Shown here: piece by piece, positions 1 through 9,302 of the stretch
How the letters are laid out: each line of letters opens with the position of its first letter
Position numbering within the stretch: position 1 is the stretch's first letter
DNA from: an uncultured Gammaproteobacteria bacterium
GTDB taxonomy: Bacteria; Patescibacteriota; Microgenomatia; UBA8517
Direction of reading: 5' to 3'
Length of the DNA: 47,623 bases
Assembly: GCA_964366085.1 (NCBI GenBank)
Contig: CAYISM010000003.1
Span: 1 to 47,623 of the forward strand
The notes under the pieces: generated by a model
What the model was told of the DNA's origin: nothing
The model's input: the letters and a program-made list of their open reading frames with translations, nothing else
Database searches by the model: none
Program-made: the position numbers and the translations under genes

Positions 1-53
1 ACTTATCATTTACCTGGCAACACTAACCTAATTGAGATATAATTCCAGGTATT

Positions 54-127
54 GGACTCGTAGCTCAGCTGGTTAGAGCGTTGCATTGACATTGCAAAGG
101 TCCCCCGTTCGAGCCGGGGCGAGTCCA
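54..127 (+). tRNA. tRNA-Val(GAC)
   Basis: Cloverleaf: acceptor GGACTCG/CGAGTCC, D-arm TAGCTCAGCTGGTTAGAGC, anticodon stem TTGCA/TGCAA with GAC at 88-90, T-loop TTCGAG. Putative promoter TGGCAA-17-TATAAT at 15-43. Confidence 0.95.
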
Positions 128-134
128 CAATATG

Positions 135-189
135 TGGTAGAGCGGTCGCCTGAGGCGACAGGTCGTTGGTTCAATCCCAACGTCGTCCA
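135..189 (+). pseudogene. tRNA 3' remnant (no 5' acceptor strand, abnormal anticodon loop)
   Basis: TGGTAGAGCG, stem GTCGC/GCGAC with a 5-nt loop, AGGTC, T-arm GTTGG-TTCAATC-CCAAC, then GTCGTCCA. The matching 5' strand is absent. Confidence 0.65.
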
Positions 190-218
190 CTTAGTTTCCT
201 TAATTGTCTGCCTATTTT

Positions 219-246
219 AGGCCGCAGCATTAAAGCGGCTTTTTTT
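219..246 (+). terminator. Rho-independent terminator after the tRNA region
   Basis: AGGCCGC...GCGGCTT hairpin followed by a T run that ends at the typA ATG. Confidence 0.55.
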
Positions 247-2058
247 ATGAATATCAAAAACGTAGCTATTATTGCCCACGTTGACCATGGAAAAACCACC
301 CTGGTTGATGCTTTATTGCGCCAATCACACACTGTTTTAAATAAAGAAGTTGCCGAAGAAAATCAAATGATGGATTCTAACGAGCTTGAACGCGAGCGGG
401 GAATTACTATATTTTCCAAAAACGCTTCGGTTGAATATGAAAGAGTAAAAATTAATATCATAGATACCCCCGGGCATGTCGATTTCGGAGGAGAAGTTGA
501 GAGAGTTCTTTCTATGGCAGACGGAGCACTTCTTTTAGTTGATGCCAAAGAAGGTCCAATGCCACAAACTCGTTTTGTATTAAGAGAAGCTTTAAAGATG
601 GGATTAAAAATTATAGTTGTCGTCAACAAAATTGACAAAAAAGATGCAAGGGTTGATTTTGCAGTAAACAAAACCTTTGATTTGTTTATTGACCTAGGTG
701 CTGATGAGGAATCTGCTTACTTTCCTACTATTTACGCTTCAGGAAAAGACGGAAAAGCTGGACTCACCTCTGACCTTTCCAAAATGACCAATATTACGCC
801 TATTTTTGAGGCAATTCTCAAATACATTCCGGATCCTTCCGGAGATTCTTCTAAGCCGCTTCAAATTAGAGTTTCCTCAATTGGAAAGGATAATTTTAAA
901 GGCCGAATTGCAATAGGAAAAATCGCAAATGGGACAGTTAGAAACGGACAAGAAGTAACCCATATCGATAGAGAAGGTCATATTTCCAGCTTTAGAATTA
1001 CTTCAGTTTCAGTTTTTAAAGGTCTGGAAAAGGAGTGTGTTGAAGAAGCCTCCGCCGGGGACATTGTAGCAATTTCCGGTATTCCTAGCATTACAATCGG
1101 AGAAACAATTGCAGAGTGCGAAAATCCACAAGCTTTGCCACTTTTATCCATTGAAGAACCTACGGTAAAAATGATTTTTATGGTAAATAATTCACCCTTC
1201 GGTGGACGCGAGGGTGAATTTAAAACCTCAAGTCAAATAAGAGAAAGATTACATAAAGAACTCGAAACGGACGTTGCTTTAAAGGTTGAAGAAAATTCAG
1301 ACGGAACTTGGACGGTTTCGGGACGAGGTGAGCTACATTTGGCGATACTAATTGAAAGAATGCGAAGAGAAGGCTACGAACTACAAGTATCACGCCCTCA
1401 CGTAATAACTAAAAAAATTGACGGCAGACTCTTTACGCCCTACGAAAAGGTTTATATAGAAGTACCGGAGGAGTATTCAGGAATTGTAATCCAAAAAATG
1501 GGCCAGAGACACGCCAAACTGGACAACATGAATACTTCAGAAAATATTATTTCTATGGAATTTACAGTTGCCACAAAAGAACTTATCGGATTTCGATCCG
1601 AATTTATTACTGATACAAAAGGACTAGGCATTATAAATTCCTCTTTCTTTGAATTTAAGGAGGATGATGGCTTTGAAAGAGAAAGAGACAGAGGATCCTT
1701 GGTTGCTCATGAAACCGGAAAAACAAGACTTTATGGGCTTGTTAATGTCCAGGGTCGGGGAGGGCTATTTTTTGGCCCGGGAGCTGATGTTTATAAAGGC
1801 CAAGTTGTCGGCCAAAATTCAAGAAGCGAGGATATTCGTGTCAATGTTTGTAAAGAAAAACAGCTTTCCAATATGAGGTCAAAAGGTGAAGGAACTTCCG
1901 AACATTTTAACACTCCCAAGGTCATGAGCTTGGAAAATGCACTTGAGTACATCAACGACACAGAACTTGTTGAAGTTACACCGAAAAATATAAGAATAAG
2001 AAAAGTTATACTCGACGAGTTGGAAGAAAGAAGAAATAGACAACTTTCCAAAAAATAA
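247..2058 (+). CDS. typA: Translational GTPase TypA/BipA
   Basis: NVAIIAHVDHGKTT, ERERGITI, DTPGH, NKID and GRGELHL motifs. Start moved to the ATG at 247. Confidence 0.95.
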   Translation: MNIKNVAIIAHVDHGKTTLVDALLRQSHTVLNKEVAEENQMMDSNELERERGITIFSKNASVEYERVKINIIDTPGHVDFGGEVERVLSMADGALLLVDAKEGPMPQTRFVLREALKMGLKIIVVVNKIDKKDARVDFAVNKTFDLFIDLGADEESAYFPTIYASGKDGKAGLTSDLSKMTNITPIFEAILKYIPDPSGDSSKPLQIRVSSIGKDNFKGRIAIGKIANGTVRNGQEVTHIDREGHISSFRITSVSVFKGLEKECVEEASAGDIVAISGIPSITIGETIAECENPQALPLLSIEEPTVKMIFMVNNSPFGGREGEFKTSSQIRERLHKELETDVALKVEENSDGTWTVSGRGELHLAILIERMRREGYELQVSRPHVITKKIDGRLFTPYEKVYIEVPEEYSGIVIQKMGQRHAKLDNMNTSENIISMEFTVATKELIGFRSEFITDTKGLGIINSSFFEFKEDDGFERERDRGSLVAHETGKTRLYGLVNVQGRGGLFFGPGADVYKGQVVGQNSRSEDIRVNVCKEKQLSNMRSKGEGTSEHFNTPKVMSLENALEYINDTELVEVTPKNIRIRKVILDELEERRNRQLSKK

Positions 2059-2095
2059 ATTATAATACGTTGAGTGCAGGCCGGTAACACGAATT

Positions 2096-2168
2096 GGGCC
2101 ATTAGCTCAGTTGGCAGAGCGTTCGCATGGCATGCGAAAGGTGAGCGGTTCGAGACCGCTATGGTCCA
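2096..2168 (+). tRNA. tRNA-Ala(GGC)
   Basis: Acceptor GGGCCAT/ATGGTCC with G3:U70, anticodon stem TTCGC/GCGAA with GGC at 2129-2131, T-loop TTCGAG. Confidence 0.95.
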
Positions 2169-2175
2169 CAAGTAA

Positions 2176-2223
2176 AGGGTTCGACTTGTCCTGAGCGGAG
2201 TCGAAGGATTCCCTCCGGGTCCA
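2176..2223 (+). pseudogene. tRNA T-arm/acceptor remnant interrupted by a 24-nt REP-like insert
   Basis: AGGG-TTCGA[CTTGTCCTGAGCGGAGTCGAAGGA]TT-CCCT-CCGGGTCCA. Removing the bracketed part restores a T-arm plus a 3' acceptor strand. Confidence 0.5.
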
Positions 2224-2234
2224 CCCCTCGTTGG

Positions 2235-2741
2235 TTATCTCTCTATTATTTTGAGTAAAGCTTTTAGTTCTTCACTTTTTACGAGCCCGACTTTATAGTT
2301 CCACTTTGTTCCACTTCTTTTAAAACTCGAGTTTGTTTGAATACAAATAAAAACTAAATCTCCCTCCGGTTGGGGTTTCATTTCCCATATCATCCATTCT
2401 CTATAATTGTCATCTCCTGATCTATAAACCTTACTCCAGATACTTTCAGGTTCTATCATTGACCACCTTGCATAACTTTGTTTGTTGTTGTCTCTTTTGA
2501 AGGAAAACATCTCAAAAATTTTTAGTTGCGGTTTGGTTAGAGCGAAGAGTCGTTCTCTAAAAATAGGTAGGTTTCCATCCTCATTTTGTTTAATAATCTT
2601 GCCAAGAGTTCGCCGCAAATTGTCCAGCCAAAATATTGATGAATCTATAATCCTAGGTGGATTGTTTTTACAATCTGGTAGGCGAGCAAGGCCTTCTCTA
2701 AAACTTATTGGTGCACCAAAATGTATTCTTTTTTCCTCCAT
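2235..2741 (-). CDS. Hypothetical protein
   Basis: 168-aa ATG ORF filling the intergenic space; no recognisable motif. Confidence 0.6.
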   Translation of the reverse strand: MEEKRIHFGAPISFREGLARLPDCKNNPPRIIDSSIFWLDNLRRTLGKIIKQNEDGNLPIFRERLFALTKPQLKIFEMFSFKRDNNKQSYARWSMIEPESIWSKVYRSGDDNYREWMIWEMKPQPEGDLVFICIQTNSSFKRSGTKWNYKVGLVKSEELKALLKIIER

Positions 2742-2767
2742 ATGACTTGGGATTTTAACACACCTTG

Positions 2768-2796
2768 TTGACTTTCGCCTTAACCTGAAATAAAAT
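2768..2796 (+). promoter_or_regulatory. Sigma70 promoter of the thrS leader
   Basis: TTGACT-17 nt-TAAAAT. Confidence 0.7.
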
Positions 2797-2802
2797 GAAT
2801 TG

Positions 2803-2936
2803 AATTGCGACGATTGTATGAGAACTCACCAAACTCAAAGTCGCAAACGAATAGTTCACGAAACGAACCAAGAGAACAAAAAGAAGTGGAACCACGGCAA
2901 CAACCGTCTTTTTTAAAGGAAAGACGGATTTTTTGT
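2803..2936 (+). promoter_or_regulatory. T-box riboswitch (Thr) with short stem I and terminator
   Basis: T-box-like AAGAAGTGGAACCACGG (2881-2897). Terminator CCGTCTTT...AAAGACGG plus T run. Stem I TTGCGAC/GTCGCAA encloses Thr codons ACC/ACT. Lies directly upstream of thrS. Confidence 0.75.
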
Positions 2937-2956
2937 TTTTAGAGTATTATTAAATT

Positions 2957-4720
2957 ATGAAGGACAAAAAGAATAATTTAGATAATTTAAGGCATTCCAC
3001 AGCGCACCTTTTGGCGGCGGCGGTTATGAAACTCTGGCCAAACGCCAAAAGAACGATTGGGCCGGCAATTGAGGACGGTTTTTACTATGATTTTGATTTC
3101 GGAAATATAAAGATAACCGAGGAGGACCTTCCCAAAATCGAAAAAACCATGCACGCTTTGGTTAAGGACTGGGAAGGGTTTGAAAAAACCGATGTAAACG
3201 CCGATGAAGCCAAAAAGGAATACAAAGACAATCCCTACAAGCTCGAACTAATTTCCGAATTAGCCATTAACCTTCAACCATTAACCATTTACCAATCCGG
3301 CAACTACCGCGACCTTTGCCGCGGCGGCCACATCGACAACCCCAAAAACCAACTTAAACACTTTAAGATCCTTTCCGTAGCCGGCGCCTACTGGCACGGG
3401 GATGAAAAAAACAAAATGCTTACCCGCATATACGGAACTTGTTTTCCTTCACAAAAAGAACTTGATGAATATTTAGAGAGAAGGGAATTAGCCGAAGAAT
3501 CTGATCACAGAAAAATTGGCAAAGACTTAAACTTATTTGTTTTTTCAGATCTTGTAGGTAAGGGTTTGCCTCTTCTGACCCCAAAAGGATCGGTTATCAG
3601 GCGCGAGCTTGAAAGGTTCGTTGTTGACACGGAACTTGCGCATGGATATCAGCATGTTTATACGCCTGCTCTTGCCAAAACTGAACTTTATAAAACTTCG
3701 GGGCACTATCCTTATTACAAAGATACAATGTATCCCGTAATGAAAGTTGATGAGGACGAACTTATACTTCGGCCGATGACTTGTCCGCACCATTTTATGC
3801 TATATAAAAGCCAGCCTAGAAGCTACAAAGAATTGCCATTAAAAATAGCCGAAATTGCGCCGCAATTTAGATATGAAAAGAGCGGAGAGCTTTCGGGACT
3901 TATGCGAGTCCGCACTTTTATTCTTTCCGACTCTCACATTTTTACGCCGAAAGAAAAGGCCAAGGAAGTAATCAAGGATGTCATGGAACTTATTAACTAC
4001 CTAAACAGTAAACTTGGATTTGAAGTTGGAAAAGATTATCGTTTCCGTTTGTCTTCGGGTGATAGAGGCGACGAAAAGAAATATTACAAGGACGATAAAG
4101 CATGGGATTATGCGGAGGAGGTCTTAAGAAGTGTTCTTCGGGAAATTGATGCGCCGTATTTTGAAGCGGAAGGGCAGGCAGCGTTTTATGGACCAAAAAT
4201 TGACGTTCAAATGAAAAAAGTTAATGGTCAGGAAGAAACAGCGTTTACGGTTCAATATGATTTTGTTATGCCAAAAAGATTTGAGCTTAAATATATCAAC
4301 GAAAAAGGTGAAGAAGTCGAGCCAATTGTCATTCACAGGGCCTCAATTGGAGCCATAGAACGCACAATGGCTTTCTTAATTGAAAAATACATAGGAAATT
4401 TTCCAACCTGGCTTGCGCCGGTTCAGGTTAAGGTATTGCCAATAACCGAAAGGAATATGGATTATTCTCAAAAGGTTGTCGATGTCCTCAAAGAAAATGG
4501 TATTAGGGTTGAGCTTGATGACAGAAACGAAACCCTAGGAGGCAAAATAAGAGACGCACAAGTAGAAAAAGTCCCTTATATGGTAATTATTGGAGATAAG
4601 GAAGAAAATGCGCAAAAGATAGCAGTTCGTGAAAGATCTGGTAAAGATGCGGGGCAAATAGCAATTGATGAATTTGTAAGTAAAATCAAGAAAGAAATTG
4701 AGGAGAAAACACTTGATTAA
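2957..4720 (+). CDS. thrS: Threonine--tRNA ligase
   Basis: RHSTAHL, DLCRGGH, RPMTCPHH, FYGPKID and anticodon-binding domain. Confidence 0.97.
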   Translation: MKDKKNNLDNLRHSTAHLLAAAVMKLWPNAKRTIGPAIEDGFYYDFDFGNIKITEEDLPKIEKTMHALVKDWEGFEKTDVNADEAKKEYKDNPYKLELISELAINLQPLTIYQSGNYRDLCRGGHIDNPKNQLKHFKILSVAGAYWHGDEKNKMLTRIYGTCFPSQKELDEYLERRELAEESDHRKIGKDLNLFVFSDLVGKGLPLLTPKGSVIRRELERFVVDTELAHGYQHVYTPALAKTELYKTSGHYPYYKDTMYPVMKVDEDELILRPMTCPHHFMLYKSQPRSYKELPLKIAEIAPQFRYEKSGELSGLMRVRTFILSDSHIFTPKEKAKEVIKDVMELINYLNSKLGFEVGKDYRFRLSSGDRGDEKKYYKDDKAWDYAEEVLRSVLREIDAPYFEAEGQAAFYGPKIDVQMKKVNGQEETAFTVQYDFVMPKRFELKYINEKGEEVEPIVIHRASIGAIERTMAFLIEKYIGNFPTWLAPVQVKVLPITERNMDYSQKVVDVLKENGIRVELDDRNETLGGKIRDAQVEKVPYMVIIGDKEENAQKIAVRERSGKDAGQIAIDEFVSKIKKEIEEKTLD

Positions 4721-4727
4721 ATCATTC

Positions 4728-4756
4728 TTGATACTCGTGCGTGATTTTAGTACAAT
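4728..4756 (+). promoter_or_regulatory. Putative infC promoter
   Basis: TTGATA-17 nt-TACAAT. Confidence 0.55.
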
Positions 4757-4768
4757 TGTATTTGAAAG

Positions 4769-5329
4769 TTGAGAAATAGTAAACTTTTTTGGCGTATAAA
4801 TGAGTCTATCCGTGCTCCCAAGCTTAGGGTTGTTGGTGCAGACGGTAAACAAGTAGGCGTTCTTTCTCTAAGCGATGCCCTCGCAAAAAGCAAAAAAGAG
4901 GGTTTGGATTTAATAGAAATAGCCCCGAATGCTAATCCGCCTGTTGCGAAAATAGCAAATTTCGGTAAGTTTCGTTACCAAGAAGAGAAGAAGATAAAGC
5001 GTGAATTAAAAAAAGCCAAAGCTACTGAGCTTAAGGAAATTCGTTTTTCGCCTTTTATAGCAGAGAATGACTTTTCGGTAAGATTTGAGAGGGTTAAGGA
5101 ATTTTTAAAAGAAAAAAATAAGGTAAAGATAGTCGTAGTTTTTAAAGGTAAGCAGATGGGTAGTAAACCCTTTGGATACGAGATATTAAAAAAGATTTTA
5201 AAAGACCTGGGTGAAACAATAGCCGTAGATATGGAACCTAAATTTATCGGCCGACATTTAATAATGATAATTTCGCCTACTGTAAAGGTAAAAAGAATTG
5301 AAAAAGAAGATGCCAAAACTAAAAATTAG
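4769..5329 (+). CDS. infC: Translation initiation factor IF-3
   Basis: INESIR...GLDLIEIAPNANPPVAKI. Non-ATG start (TTG or downstream ATA), as is typical for infC. Operon context. Confidence 0.93.
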   Translation: MRNSKLFWRINESIRAPKLRVVGADGKQVGVLSLSDALAKSKKEGLDLIEIAPNANPPVAKIANFGKFRYQEEKKIKRELKKAKATELKEIRFSPFIAENDFSVRFERVKEFLKEKNKVKIVVVFKGKQMGSKPFGYEILKKILKDLGETIAVDMEPKFIGRHLIMIISPTVKVKRIEKEDAKTKN

Positions 5330-5504
5330 AAAATCACTATTAAAAAGATTTAGAATTACAAAAAATGGAAAAGTTCTTAGACGAGGAGCTTTTACTGGAC
5401 ATTTGAAAGCGACAAAATCAAAAAAGAGACTAAGAAATCTAAAAAAAACTAAACAAATGACAGGATTTTTTGCTAAAAAATTAAGAAAGGCAATGGGAAG
5501 GTAA
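5310..5504 (+). CDS. rpmI: 50S ribosomal protein L35
   Basis: [21 protein letters not shown]; lies between infC and rplT. Confidence 0.93.
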   Translation: MPKLKIRKSLLKRFRITKNGKVLRRGAFTGHLKATKSKKRLRNLKKTKQMTGFFAKKLRKAMGR

Positions 5505-5505
5505 T

Positions 5506-5844
5506 ATGGCAAGAATAAAATCAACATCATCAAGACGTCACAGAAAAATTCTCAAGCAGGCTCGTGGATTTAAGCAAGCAAGAAGGCGTAGAATTCAAAC
5601 AGCTAAGGAGGCTGTACTTCACGCTGGAGCATATGCTTTTCATGGAAGAAAGTTAAGAAAAAGGGACCTGAGATCTCTTTGGATTATAAGGCTAAATGCA
5701 GCAGCCCGCGAAAATGGACTTACGTATAGTAGAATGGTTTCGGGTCTTAAGAAAGCAAAAATAGAACTTGATAGAAAAATTTTGGCAGATATAGCAGTAA
5801 GTGATCCAAAAACTTTTTCTGAAATCGTTTCGCAAAGCAAATAA
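5506..5844 (+). CDS. rplT: 50S ribosomal protein L20
   Basis: MARIK...[13 protein letters not shown]...[10 protein letters not shown]. Confidence 0.96.
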   Translation: MARIKSTSSRRHRKILKQARGFKQARRRRIQTAKEAVLHAGAYAFHGRKLRKRDLRSLWIIRLNAAARENGLTYSRMVSGLKKAKIELDRKILADIAVSDPKTFSEIVSQSK

Positions 5845-5846
5845 TT

Positions 5847-5891
5847 ATGAGACTCTTTTTCTTCACCTCGTTTTACTTTAGAATAAGCTAA
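5847..5891 (+). CDS. Phe-rich leader peptide MRLFFFTSFYFRIS (pheM-like)
   Basis: 14-aa ORF with 5 Phe codons between rplT and pheS, overlapping the attenuator stems. Confidence 0.75.
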   Translation: MRLFFFTSFYFRIS

Positions 5892-5942
5892 ACCGGTGGA
5901 GATATTGTTTAGAAAGTAGACTCTCCACAAGGAGAGTTTTTT
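5861..5942 (+). promoter_or_regulatory. pheST transcription attenuator
   Basis: Mutually exclusive stems: CTTCACC/GGTGGAG (1:2), GTGGAGA/TCTCCAC (2:3), GACTCTCC-ACAA-GGAGAGTT plus T run (3:4). Confidence 0.75.
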
Positions 5943-5955
5943 AGTAAGAATAAAT

Positions 5956-6981
5956 ATGAAAGAAGATATCATTAATACTAAAAACGAAGCACTGGCGCAA
6001 ATAATGACTGTTAAAAGTCTTGGTGAGCTAGAAGAACTTCGTATTGCTTACGTGGGAAGAAGCGGGAAGTTAAGCAGACTTATAAAAAAAATAGTTGATT
6101 TGCCCTTAGAGAAAAGAAAAGAAACGGGTTTTTTAATAAATGAAGTCAAAAATACAATCTCCAAAATATTAGCCGAACAGAAAAATTCACTCCAAAACTC
6201 GATCCGCGAATGGTTTGATCCAACTATTCCGGGGCTTAAACCAATAAGAGGTCATCTTCACTTGGTAACCTACGCTATTCAAGAAATCTCTTCAGTATTT
6301 GAAAAAATCGGGTTTGTCAGAGTTAGATATCCGGAAGTCGAATGGGATTGGTTCGCATTTGAATCTCTAAATATGTCTCAAGGTCATCCCGCACGAGACG
6401 AATGGGAAACTTTTTTTGTGGATACGCCAACCCATCCGAAATATGGACAAATGGTTCTTACTCCCCACACGTCCTCCGGCCAGGTTAGAGAAATGATGCG
6501 CGTTAAAATCCCACCTATAAGGATGATAAATATTGCTAAATCTTACAGGCGACAATCAGACGTATCACACATTCCAATGTTTCATCAGTTTGAAGGACTA
6601 GTTGTTGATAAAAACATTTCAATTGTTCACCTTAAAGGAACCCTCGATTATTTTGCCAGAAACTTTTTTGGACCAAAGAGAAAAACTAGGCTTCGACCTT
6701 CCCATTTTCAATTTACTGAACCTTCATTTGAAGTTGATATTTCTTGTGGCGTGTGTGGAGGAGTCGGCTGCAAACTTTGTAAAGCCGGATGGGTGGAACT
6801 CGGAGGTGCTGGAATGGTCCACCCAGTTGTTCTTAAAAATGGAGGAATGGACCCTAAAAAATATACGGGTTTTGCATTTGGTTGGGGGGTGGAAAGGACT
6901 TTTATGATGAAGTCCGGACTTGATATACCGGATATAAGGCTTTTGTACAGTTCAGATTTAAGATTCCTTACTCAATCATGA
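5956..6981 (+). CDS. pheS: Phenylalanine--tRNA ligase alpha subunit
   Basis: HPARD, HTSSGQ, FHQFEG, FTEPS and GFAFGWGVER motifs. Confidence 0.97.
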   Translation: MKEDIINTKNEALAQIMTVKSLGELEELRIAYVGRSGKLSRLIKKIVDLPLEKRKETGFLINEVKNTISKILAEQKNSLQNSIREWFDPTIPGLKPIRGHLHLVTYAIQEISSVFEKIGFVRVRYPEVEWDWFAFESLNMSQGHPARDEWETFFVDTPTHPKYGQMVLTPHTSSGQVREMMRVKIPPIRMINIAKSYRRQSDVSHIPMFHQFEGLVVDKNISIVHLKGTLDYFARNFFGPKRKTRLRPSHFQFTEPSFEVDISCGVCGGVGCKLCKAGWVELGGAGMVHPVVLKNGGMDPKKYTGFAFGWGVERTFMMKSGLDIPDIRLLYSSDLRFLTQS

Positions 6982-6993
6982 TTTGAACCAATT

Positions 6994-8946
6994 ATGGACT
7001 TACTTATACCAAATGGGTGGCTAAAAGAATTTTTAGAGACTTCAGCATCAGTTAAACAAATAGCCGAATGTCTTTCGTTATGTGGACCCTCTGTCGAAAG
7101 AGTAACTCAGACAGAAGGTGACTCTGTTTATTCGATTGAAGTAACTACAAATAGAGTAGATTCTGCATCTGTCTATGGGATCGCCAGGGAAGCTTCGTCT
7201 ATTCTTCCTCGATTTGGCATCAAGGCAACACTTTTACCGATTGAAGTTTCCTTTGACCAAAAATCAGTTGGCTCTGTTGGCTATTTTAACACAAAGGTTG
7301 ATCCCTTGTTATGTACGAGATTTTCGGCAATTTTGTTAAGAGACGTAAAAATAAAATCTTCTCCATCCTGGATGATTGAGAGGTTAAAACAGGTAGGTGA
7401 AAGAGTAATAAATAATATTGTTGATATTTCAAACTATGTCATGTACGAACTTGGTCAACCCGTTCATACATTTGATTACGACAAAATATTGGGAGCCAAA
7501 ATAATTCTTAGAGAAAGTAAAAAGGGGGAGAAGATAATTACTTTGGATGGGAAAAAACACACATTACCCGGGGGAGATATCGTTATCGAAGACGGGTCAG
7601 GCAAACTCATCGATCTTTGCGGCATTATGGGAGGGTTAAACTCAGCTGTTGACGGGAACACCAAAAACGTTCTCCTGTTTGTCCAAACTTACAATCCAAT
7701 AAATATTAGGAAAACTTCCATGTTCCTAGCTCATAGAACCGAGGCTGCGGTTTTGTTCGAAAAGACATTGGATCCGGAACTGGTTACACTGGGAATCAAG
7801 AGGGGAATAGATCTTTTTGTTAAACTCACAGAAGGCAAACCGGAAAAAGAAATCTTAGATATCTACCCATTGCCTTACAAGCCCAAAAAACTCTCCATGA
7901 AACTAGAATTTATCCGGAAAGTTTTAGGTATAGAAATCCCTAAACAGGATATAAACAAAATGTTGACTCCTTTGGGATTCGAAACATCCTGGAAGAGAAA
8001 TACTTTAGAAGTTACCGTTCCCTCTTGGCGGGCAAATGATATAGAAATTTCGGAGGATATCATTGAAGAAGTAGTCAGAATTTATGGATATCACAATCTT
8101 CCAAGCACTCTTATGGAGGGCAAAATTCCCGATATAATAATTAACTCTTCTTTTGGCTTTGAAAGTAAATTGAAAAATATTCTTAAGGGATACGGCGGGA
8201 CCGAAGTTTATACTCCTTCCCTTGTACCGAAAAATTGGATTAGACAAAATGCCCTAAAACTCAAAAATCCTTTAGGATCGGATTCTGAATATTTAAGAAC
8301 TTCTTTGATGCCATCTTTAGTGTTTGCCGCCAAAGAAAATTCAAGTGAAAAAGACTCCTTTCACCTTTTCGAAATCTCTAATGTCTACTTACCAAAAAAA
8401 GGAAATTTACCTGATGAGAAAATAACACTGGCAGGAATATTCGCAAACACGGATTTTCGAAAGACTAAGGGTATTGTCGAATCATTATTAGAAGAACTCA
8501 ATGTTATTTATTCGGTAGACCAAGAAGACTCTATGTTTTACTCAGCCTCAAAAAGAATCGTCTTTAAATCCAGTAGTAAAAAAATTGGAGAACTCGGAAT
8601 TTTAGAAGAAAATAATTTTATTTATTATGAATTTGACTTAGAACTTCTGCAAAAGCAGGCGAAAGATATTAAATATATTCCTATTCCCAAATATCCTGCT
8701 CAAATTGAGGATCTGACTTTATCACTGCCTGAAAAGACAAAAGTCGGTGATCTTGTCAAATCTATTCTAGGGTCCGAAAAACTTATTTCTAAAATAGAAT
8801 TAGTCGACACTTATAAAAACTCTTATACATTCAGAATTTGGTATCAGAATTTAGAAAAAACATTAACCGACAAAGAAGTAGAAAAAATCCGGGAAAGGGT
8901 ACTTTCTTTAATTAAAGTAAAATTCGGGGCTAGTGTGAAGAATTAG
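6994..8946 (+). CDS. pheT: Phenylalanine--tRNA ligase beta subunit (short form, lacks the B2 domain)
   Basis: TTNRVD, INNIVDISNYVM, VPSWR, EEVVRIYGY, LRTSL and C-terminal FDX-ACB (TLTDKEV). Confidence 0.93.
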   Translation: MDLLIPNGWLKEFLETSASVKQIAECLSLCGPSVERVTQTEGDSVYSIEVTTNRVDSASVYGIAREASSILPRFGIKATLLPIEVSFDQKSVGSVGYFNTKVDPLLCTRFSAILLRDVKIKSSPSWMIERLKQVGERVINNIVDISNYVMYELGQPVHTFDYDKILGAKIILRESKKGEKIITLDGKKHTLPGGDIVIEDGSGKLIDLCGIMGGLNSAVDGNTKNVLLFVQTYNPINIRKTSMFLAHRTEAAVLFEKTLDPELVTLGIKRGIDLFVKLTEGKPEKEILDIYPLPYKPKKLSMKLEFIRKVLGIEIPKQDINKMLTPLGFETSWKRNTLEVTVPSWRANDIEISEDIIEEVVRIYGYHNLPSTLMEGKIPDIIINSSFGFESKLKNILKGYGGTEVYTPSLVPKNWIRQNALKLKNPLGSDSEYLRTSLMPSLVFAAKENSSEKDSFHLFEISNVYLPKKGNLPDEKITLAGIFANTDFRKTKGIVESLLEELNVIYSVDQEDSMFYSASKRIVFKSSSKKIGELGILEENNFIYYEFDLELLQKQAKDIKYIPIPKYPAQIEDLTLSLPEKTKVGDLVKSILGSEKLISKIELVDTYKNSYTFRIWYQNLEKTLTDKEVEKIRERVLSLIKVKFGASVKN

Positions 8947-9253
8947 ATCTGTTTATCTTAAATTCCGGTTTTACCTCCCAGCGTGTCGATCCTTTTACCG
9001 CCGTATCTATCGCGGCTAATATTGATTGATTCTTGTCTTCAAACGCTACGTAACCGGGTCTTTTTATTAAGGTCTCGAAAAGTCTCCTCGCCTTTTTTGT
9101 TTTTCCTTCGGCGATTCTCAATTGAACTCTAAAGTAATGCCTTAAAAAACCAACCTCTTGAGGATTAATGTTTTTCGGAAATCTTACTGCAATCTGACTC
9201 CAACAATTCACATAATGCTCACGTGCTTGATCAATAGTTTTTTCGTATTCCAT
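8930..9253 (-). CDS. Hypothetical protein
   Basis: 107-aa ATG ORF between pheT and the PBP gene. Confidence 0.55.
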   Translation of the reverse strand: MEYEKTIDQAREHYVNCWSQIAVRFPKNINPQEVGFLRHYFRVQLRIAEGKTKKARRLFETLIKRPGYVAFEDKNQSILAAIDTAVKGSTRWEVKPEFKINRSNSSH

Positions 9254-9302
9254 CTTCTTCGGATGGGCAAGTTGAAGTTATTATATCACGCTAGTATATA
9301 AA

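Noticed and set aside
166-246. N-terminal extension of TypA in the ORF track
   Set aside because: Overlaps the tRNA remnant and terminator; TypA homology begins at the ATG at 247.
6994-8946. PheT as a truncated pseudogene
   Set aside because: The ORF is intact from the N-terminal domain to the C-terminal anticodon-binding domain and lacks only the internal B2 domain.
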